From the sequence record OQ031492: a stretch of DNA of 64,000 bases; one strand, given 5' to 3'. Under the pieces are notes generated by a model. The model worked only from the letters and a program-made list of their open reading frames with translations, made no database searches and was not told where the DNA came from. The stretch is from Escherichia phage MRostami-2023b. The first letter of the stretch is position 1. The number at the start of each line of letters is the position of its first letter. A program made the position numbers and the translations under genes. Positions 58,829-64,000 of this stretch are shown in pieces.

Positions 58829-59056
58829 ATGGCTATCAATATTGTTCGCGTATCCGGCACCGTTGGCACTTCACAGGTTATTGCAGTCGTCACNNNNNNN
58901 NNNNNNNNNNNNNNNNNNNNNNCCTTGAATAAGTGGGCTATTGCTAATTTTGGGGAATATGCAAGCGTCGAGTACATCGAATCCTACCAGGTGCCAACCA
59001 TCAGCCTAACCGATCTCAACGTTGATCGCCTGTTATGCCTGGATGAATTAATCTGA
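58829..59056 (+). CDS. Small early-type protein (39 N inside)
   Basis: 75 codons incl. masked part. Confidence 0.3.
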   Translation: MAINIVRVSGTVGTSQVIAVVXXXXXXXXXXXLNKWAIANFGEYASVEYIESYQVPTISLTDLNVDRLLCLDELI

Positions 59057-59065
59057 AAAAGATTG

Positions 59066-59122
59066 TTGACACGGGAAAGAAAAAGAGTAAACTATATTAC
59101 GTAGGGCGGCAATGGTGCCGCT
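59066..59122 (+). promoter_or_regulatory. Promoter (TTGACA-16-TAAACT) plus leader hairpin
   Basis: atattacGTAGGGCGGCAatggTGCCGC. Confidence 0.5.
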
Positions 59123-59143
59123 CACAACAGAAGAGAGATTATC

Positions 59144-59339
59144 ATGNNNNNNNNNNNNNNNNNNNNNNNNNNNNNNNNNNNNNNNNNNNNNNNNNNNNNN
59201 NNNNNNNNNNNNNNNNNNNNNNNNNNNNNNNNNNNNNNNNNNNNNNNNNNNNNNNNNNNNNNNNNNNNNNNNNNNNNNNNNNNNNNNNNNNNNNNNNNNN
59301 NNNNNNNNNNNNNNNNNNNNNNNNNTTATAAAATAAAGC
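59144..59339 (+). CDS. Small ORF, start only; remainder masked
   Basis: ATG after agaagagagattatc RBS; 179 N follow. Confidence 0.2.
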
Positions 59340-59401
59340 TTGACAATAATTTGTTATCTAGTAAAGTGTACGACATAGGGCGGGGCAATAAGGCAACGCC
59401 C
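59340..59401 (+). promoter_or_regulatory. Promoter (TTGACA-16-TAAAGT) plus leader hairpin variant
   Basis: gtacgacATAGGGCGGGG…CGCCC. Confidence 0.45.
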
Positions 59402-59419
59402 ACTAATGAGGGTAAAATC

Positions 59420-59524
59420 ATGTTAGAGAAAATTTTCACGGTTGCAGTGGTTGGCCTGGCGTTATCGGTTGGAGTGGTTGCAACTATGGCTAACATGATC
59501 CTATCTTCCCACGGTATCGGCTAA
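59420..59524 (+). CDS. Tiny hydrophobic peptide (34 aa)
   Basis: MLEKIFTVAVVGLALSVGVVATMANMILSSHGIG. Confidence 0.3.
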   Translation: MLEKIFTVAVVGLALSVGVVATMANMILSSHGIG

Positions 59525-59534
59525 GGTGAAACAA

Positions 59535-59750
59535 ATGATCACGAATAAGACAGGTAAAACGGAATTTTTACGCGGCTTGCAAGTTGGTAAACCTGAGATC
59601 TGGCATTGTACTAAATCCGCACACAATGAAATGAAAGACTTTACCGCTAGTTTACAACGTGTTAAAATATCTATTACGCAGAAAAAAGCCTTGATAGTTG
59701 CAGAAAACGAGATCCCGCAAACCATTATTATTGTCGAGCGTACAGCATGA
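59535..59750 (+). CDS. Small early-type protein
   Basis: Start at ATG after aaggtg. Confidence 0.35.
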   Translation: MITNKTGKTEFLRGLQVGKPEIWHCTKSAHNEMKDFTASLQRVKISITQKKALIVAENEIPQTIIIVERTA

Positions 59751-60133
59751 AAACAGAAATCATTAACGAAATCATCAACGGCTATAAAGAAGCCTTTATT
59801 TTTGCTGAATCAGCAAGGGATCATGAAGGTAATTTTATTGATAACTTAGACGATTATGATTTTTCTCCTAGCGCGGACAAACGGATCGCCCAGGATGTAA
59901 CAGCCTTTATTAATGCTAATCTTGCCGCTATCTCTGAGGCAATGAGCGACGGCGCAACAGCCAACCAGATCGGCAATGATTTACATTTTACCCGTAACGG
60001 TCACGGCGTAGGCTTTTGGGATCGCCTTGAAATCTACACCACTAACACGGCGAACCGCCTAACCAATGCAGCTAAGTTTATGCCGAACGTGTCGGCTTAC
60101 ATTGGTGAAGATAATTTGATTTATATTGAATAA
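59747..60133 (+). CDS. Small early-type protein
   Basis: 128 aa, ATGA overlap. Confidence 0.4.
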   Translation: MKTEIINEIINGYKEAFIFAESARDHEGNFIDNLDDYDFSPSADKRIAQDVTAFINANLAAISEAMSDGATANQIGNDLHFTRNGHGVGFWDRLEIYTTNTANRLTNAAKFMPNVSAYIGEDNLIYIE

Positions 60134-60139
60134 AAAGTA

Positions 60140-60252
60140 TTGACACAGATCGCCAGTGTGATAATATTTACCACGTAGGGCGGCAATGGTGCCGCTGACA
60201 CAGATCGCCAGTGTGCTTATATTTAATGCGTAGGGCGGCAATGGTGCCGCCG
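60140..60252 (+). repeat. Tandem duplication of promoter plus leader hairpin unit (two ~56-bp copies)
   Basis: ttgacacagatcgccagtgtg…gtagggcggcaatggtgccgc followed by ctgacacagatcgccagtgtg…gtagggcggcaatggtgccgcc. Confidence 0.6.
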
Positions 60253-60269
60253 ATAATGAGGAAAGTAAA

Positions 60270-60569
60270 ATGGAAACTATCGCTATTGTTACCGTAGAAA
60301 AACTGGTTGTTGGTGATGTATTCGCGTTAATGGTGCCTAACAGCAGCAAGCTGGGCGCTTATGAAGTAATGGATCATAAAAATGAATCATTTGGCGACGG
60401 TTGCACAATGGCGGTAAAATCTTTAAAGGATGGAATCATCCGCCAGGCTAACTGGCACAAAGGGAATCAAGTCGGATTAATATCAGCTAATTTCTTGCCA
60501 GAAGAGCAAACGTTAGACCAACTATCAGGCGGTAAGACGTTAGCCGAACTACTGGAAACAGCGATCTAA
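60270..60569 (+). CDS. Small early-type protein
   Basis: 99 aa. Confidence 0.4.
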   Translation: METIAIVTVEKLVVGDVFALMVPNSSKLGAYEVMDHKNESFGDGCTMAVKSLKDGIIRQANWHKGNQVGLISANFLPEEQTLDQLSGGKTLAELLETAI

Positions 60570-60577
60570 TCAACAAA

Positions 60578-60593
60578 GGGGCGGCAACGCCCC
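60578..60593 (+). other. GNRA-loop hairpin in intergenic leader
   Basis: GGGGCG-gcaa-CGCCCC; no U-tract. Confidence 0.4.
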
Positions 60594-60613
60594 ACGTCAG
60601 AAAGGAAAAGATT

Positions 60614-60850
60614 ATGAGTATTGCAACAGTATTAAACGCCGTTAAAACCGCTGAATCATCCGGCTTACATGTTGAGCTTATAGATCAACCAGGTGGCGAT
60701 CTCCTTGTCCAGGTTTACCCGCCGAAAGTAGGGGATGATCATTATTGGTGCTATTCTGATACGTTCGAACAAGTAGACACGAAAGCGATCACGGCTTTTA
60801 TTTTAAAAGCTATTGAAGAAAATAACTTTCATTATAACATCAATCAATAA
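60614..60850 (+). CDS. Small early-type protein
   Basis: 78 aa. Confidence 0.4.
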   Translation: MSIATVLNAVKTAESSGLHVELIDQPGGDLLVQVYPPKVGDDHYWCYSDTFEQVDTKAITAFILKAIEENNFHYNINQ

Positions 60851-60859
60851 ACCATAAGC

Positions 60860-60875
60860 GGGGCGGTAACGCCCC
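60860..60875 (+). other. GNRA-loop hairpin in intergenic leader
   Basis: GGGGCG-gtaa-CGCCCC. Confidence 0.4.
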
Positions 60876-60905
60876 ATTAAACGCAATAGGAAGAGGCTAG
60901 AAAGC

Positions 60906-61190
60906 ATGAAAAAGATGATCGCAGTAGTTGCCCTGGTTGTTGGTATTAACGCGCCTGTACTGGCTAATGAGTTGCCAGAATCCATCACGTTAACCGATAT
61001 TAACGCAGTGAATCGGATCGGTGTTAATTATCGCCTATGCCTTGCCGCTAAAACTTTCCAGGACGGCACAACAGAGTACTACGGATTCGAGGGTATCCGC
61101 TGCGGTGAGCTTTCACGCGACCTTAAGGAAGATCCAGACCTTGAGGCCATACCGATGACCGTAAACGGTAAAGCCCACGTAAACCGCTAA
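60906..61190 (+). CDS. Small secreted protein with signal peptide
   Basis: MKKMIAVVALVVGINAPVLA…. Confidence 0.4.
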   Translation: MKKMIAVVALVVGINAPVLANELPESITLTDINAVNRIGVNYRLCLAAKTFQDGTTEYYGFEGIRCGELSRDLKEDPDLEAIPMTVNGKAHVNR

Positions 61191-61192
61191 CC

Positions 61193-61327
61193 ATGAGAAA
61201 GGTAATCATCACAATGGGGATCGTAGTAGCAACGCTGGCGCTTATCCCTTTCATGGTTGAACATGTGCTGATCAATGTTGTCCTGGTAGTCAGTGACCTA
61301 TTGGAAACGGTTGGCAACTGGTTTTAA
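61193..61327 (+). CDS. Small hydrophobic membrane peptide (not in ORF table)
   Basis: 44 aa MRKVIITMGIVVATLALIPFMVEHVLINVV…. Confidence 0.3.
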   Translation: MRKVIITMGIVVATLALIPFMVEHVLINVVLVVSDLLETVGNWF

Positions 61328-61335
61328 GATAATAA

Positions 61336-61362
61336 ATAGGGCTTGCAATAGTCCTATTTTTT
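61336..61362 (+). terminator. Rho-independent terminator
   Basis: atagggc…gtcctat stem followed by tttttt. Confidence 0.5.
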
Positions 61363-61501
61363 GTTATACTTATTGAACGGGCGGCACCTGGGAGCAGGGG
61401 AAGATAATCACCAGAAGACCCCGCTATATATTGATAACTAACGCCTATCAAACAACAAAACATCAAAGGAACAAACTATCAAATCTTTACAATTCTACCT
61501 A

Positions 61502-61551
61502 TTGACACCGGATCACGCTTACATTATTATTTATCACGTAGGGCGAGAATG
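61502..61551 (+). promoter_or_regulatory. Promoter (TTGACA-17-TATTAT) plus start of leader, truncated by N run
   Basis: ttatcacGTAGGGCGAG then masked. Confidence 0.45.
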
Positions 61552-61825
61552 NNNNNNNNNNNNNNNNNNNNNNNNNNNNNNNNNNNNNNNNNNNNNNNNN
61601 NNNNNNNNNNNNNNNNNNNNNNNNNNNNNNNNNNNNNNNNNNNNNNNNNNNNNNNNNNNNNNNNNNNNNNNNNNNNNNNNNNNNNNNNNNNNNNNNNNNN
61701 NNNNNNNNNNNNNNNNNNNNNNNNNNNNNNNNNNNNNNNNNNNNNNNNNNNNNNNNNNNNNNNNNNNNNNNNNNNNNNNNNNNNNNNNNNNNNNNNNNNN
61801 NNNNNNNNNNNNNNNNNNNNNNNNN
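61552..61825. other. Masked sequence (274 N) bounded by near-identical promoter-leader copies
   Basis: Both flanks read attattatttatcacgtagggcgag. Confidence 0.8.
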
Positions 61826-61874
61826 TCATGTTAAATTATTATTTATCACGTAGGGCGAGCAATACAGCAAGCCC
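61826..61874 (+). promoter_or_regulatory. Second copy of -10 plus leader element (-35 masked)
   Basis: tattat-ttatcac-gtagggcgagcaatacagcaagccc. Confidence 0.4.
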
Positions 61875-61891
61875 ACAAAGAGGAAAAGAAG

Positions 61892-62260
61892 ATGAGCAAA
61901 TCAGCAATTAAAGCAGTTGAAAAAGCGCAAGAAGTGATCGCAACGTCCACCACTGGCGCAAAGGTTAATCTCGTTGGTTATCTGACAGATGAAACTATCC
62001 GTAAAAATTGGCGTAATGCTGATTTACTGGCTTGCTTATTGATTAATAGTGTCGCTAATGCTTTCCAGTGTGAAACAGCCGAGAGCCTGGAGGAAAACTT
62101 GTTTGATAATATGGATCAAGCCATTGAAACCTATATACAATCAAACCTGGATAGCTGGAACAGTAAAACATGGCCCGACAATTTACGCGATACAACTGAT
62201 CAACTGATCCGCCTTGCTGTGATGGTTGAACGCGATAACGTTTACAACAGCACAAAGTAA
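61892..62260 (+). CDS. Small early-type protein
   Basis: 122 aa. Confidence 0.4.
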   Translation: MSKSAIKAVEKAQEVIATSTTGAKVNLVGYLTDETIRKNWRNADLLACLLINSVANAFQCETAESLEENLFDNMDQAIETYIQSNLDSWNSKTWPDNLRDTTDQLIRLAVMVERDNVYNSTK

Positions 62261-62269
62261 GATTATACA

Positions 62270-62290
62270 AGGGCGCACCAAGCGCCCTTT
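62270..62290 (+). terminator. Hairpin terminator (weak U-tract), same stem as 62828-62861
   Basis: agggcgc-accaa-gcgccct. Confidence 0.4.
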
Positions 62291-62325
62291 AACGTAAAGA
62301 AATGTAAATAATGCGCTATCCCCTA

Positions 62326-62354
62326 TTGACAGGGGATCGGCGTTATATTATATT
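62326..62354 (+). promoter_or_regulatory. Sigma70-type promoter (TTGACA-17-TATATT) with -35 embedded in palindrome
   Basis: atcccctaTTGACAggggat inverted repeat around -35. Confidence 0.45.
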
Positions 62355-62399
62355 TAACTCACTGGCAGCAAACAACGAAACGAAACAAAGGACAATACC

Positions 62400-62819
62400 A
62401 TGAACATTAAATCAAATAATCCAGCTTACTCCTTCGATAACGCTTTTTGTCACGGTAGCGCCGCCAAAGGCTTCGAAATCGATGGTAAATTGGTTATCGT
62501 GAACGTTGACGGGGAAGAGGTTGCAGTATATCCGGTAAACGATGTTAAAAGCCGTTTACAATGCCGCATGGATGTTACCGCGTATCAGCTTGATCCGATC
62601 CGTGTAGTTGCCCTGGTCCTGGAAGAAGAGATCAAAGCAATGCATCATAGTAACAAGTTTATTGGTGACGCGCAGGACAATATGAAAGTATGCCGCAGTA
62701 AAGTTAATGAAGCCTTGAAAGAATGCGGTTTTAAGGATCTGATGATTAAACGTGATGAAAAATTCCGCTTTCGTAATGACCTGGCGAACCGGATCTACTC
62801 AATATATGAAGCGTTATAA
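62400..62819 (+). CDS. Small early-type protein
   Basis: 139 aa. Confidence 0.4.
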   Translation: MNIKSNNPAYSFDNAFCHGSAAKGFEIDGKLVIVNVDGEEVAVYPVNDVKSRLQCRMDVTAYQLDPIRVVALVLEEEIKAMHHSNKFIGDAQDNMKVCRSKVNEALKECGFKDLMIKRDEKFRFRNDLANRIYSIYEAL

Positions 62820-62827
62820 TTGACAAC

Positions 62828-62861
62828 AAAAAAAGGGGCGCACCAAGCGCCCTTTCTTTTT
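62828..62861 (+). terminator. Rho-independent terminator
   Basis: aaaggggcgc-accaa-gcgccctttcttttt. Confidence 0.75.
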
Positions 62862-62879
62862 GCCCGAATAATGTTGATA

Positions 62880-63440
62880 GCTTTCGCCTATGAAAAACCG
62901 ACACAGAACAAAACTGAATAGATCGCGGTATCGAGCTAATCAACCATTAAACGAATAACCATACCTCCCAGGGTAACAGGTTGTTAGAGAGCCATTTAGA
63001 GCGGTTAAAATCGATCAACAACCAACAACAAACCATCAAAAACACCCTTTTACCTCCTTTCTAGTGCAATGATAACCATTATCATCTATCCATGTTTATC
63101 TATGCAATATAAGTGCATAACTATAATGTTGATAATAGTTCGCAACAACTAACTAACCAACAACCTAAAACAATAAGCAAACTAATCATAATCAAAGGAA
63201 TAATAGCAAGATGATTGATAACGACAAACAATCAAACCATGATGAATACTAAGCAAGATAACGATAACACGACAAAACAACCAACTAACGAACAATAACA
63301 AACGAAACCATTAAAATAATAACTATTGCCATAATAGTGACTGAATGAAATCATTACAAAACGAATCATTCCCAGGATCATCATTAGCACGCTATGCCGG
63401 ACACATAGCGAGCTAATAATAAGCCAACTACACCCCAACA
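62880..63440. other. ORF-free A/C-skewed low-complexity tract
   Basis: Plus strand almost devoid of G runs; repeated aacaa/ccaacaa/ataacga units; no credible ORF. Confidence 0.5.
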
Positions 63441-64000
63441 ATCATAACCATCGGTGACGGTTATTTCTTGTTATTGCGTAGCTTGCAATAATTGCAAGCG
63501 TAATTACGCTTACACTTATTGCGCTGGCTTATTATTAGCATTATATGTAATTACCAAGATCATAACATTAGCGCAATAACAATAATCATTGTGATAATTA
63601 CATAAGGAAATAATTAGCATGGCAATAATTATGGGGGCAATGGGAGGATGATTATCATCATTCCGATACATTGCACACTATGCACATAATAGAATAAAAG
63701 TCAATAATTTTGGGGGCGAAATGTTACCGCCACAGGCGGGAATGTTGAGCATCTTCTCTTAAACGTAAATAAAATCAGAAAATTCTTGATTTATTCTAGT
63801 TTTTATGTTAATAAACGTTTAAATAATAATCATTCTCATATAAATAATAGTCTGCTTGTCATGAGTGGGATTAGTTGACAGTGTTCCGTCATATGATGAA
63901 GTTGCCAAACCATTGATAAATAAGTGTTTGTGTGATTTATAATCAAGTGGCCCACCTTGTCGCTATGTTGGCATGAGCCTTGCATAAGTCATTGAATACG

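Noticed and set aside
63232-63441. 69 aa minus-strand ORF in the A/C-skewed tract
   Set aside because: Low-complexity hydrophobic translation of repetitive sequence without RBS.
1-64000. CRISPR array, integrase/transposase or prophage att sites
   Set aside because: No regularly spaced direct repeats with unique spacers and no recombinase-like ORF recognised; gene content looks like a virulent phage.

Overview
This window reads as part of a virulent enterobacterial-type dsDNA phage genome; no integrase, tRNA, rRNA or CRISPR array was recognised. All protein calls are by-eye motif recognition on the supplied ORF translations, with no database search run. Layout: (1) 1-12.8 kb, plus strand: tail/baseplate and receptor-binding locus with several distinct fibres and spikes, closed by hairpin terminators. 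(2) 12.8-48.6 kb, minus strand: replication and nucleotide-metabolism genes (SSB, family A DNA polymerase, adenine methyltransferase-like, T7 gp4-like primase-helicase, NrdD/NrdG, UvrD-like helicase, MazG-like) interleaved with accessory cargo, namely a glycosyltransferase cluster and a Ter-like module (TerD, vWA, TelA-like, SprT-like, TerC, macro domain, phosphoribosyltransferase, HAD-like). (3) 48.7-54.6 kb, plus strand: small genes including an AAA ATPase and a NADAR-domain protein. (4) 54.6-55.9 kb: repeat- and palindrome-rich non-coding region. (5) 55.8-62.8 kb: an array of about 19 small, mostly monocistronic ORFs with host-like GC-rich codon usage, most preceded by a consensus sigma70-type promoter and a conserved GC-rich leader hairpin; the same element sits upstream of TerC. 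(6) 62.9-64.0 kb: ORF-free A/C-skewed low-complexity tract and palindrome cluster. Eleven N-masked runs interrupt several genes, including the DNA polymerase. The best candidates for an undescribed system are the phage-borne Ter-like module with its ADP-ribose-processing neighbours and the promoter-hairpin early-gene array.
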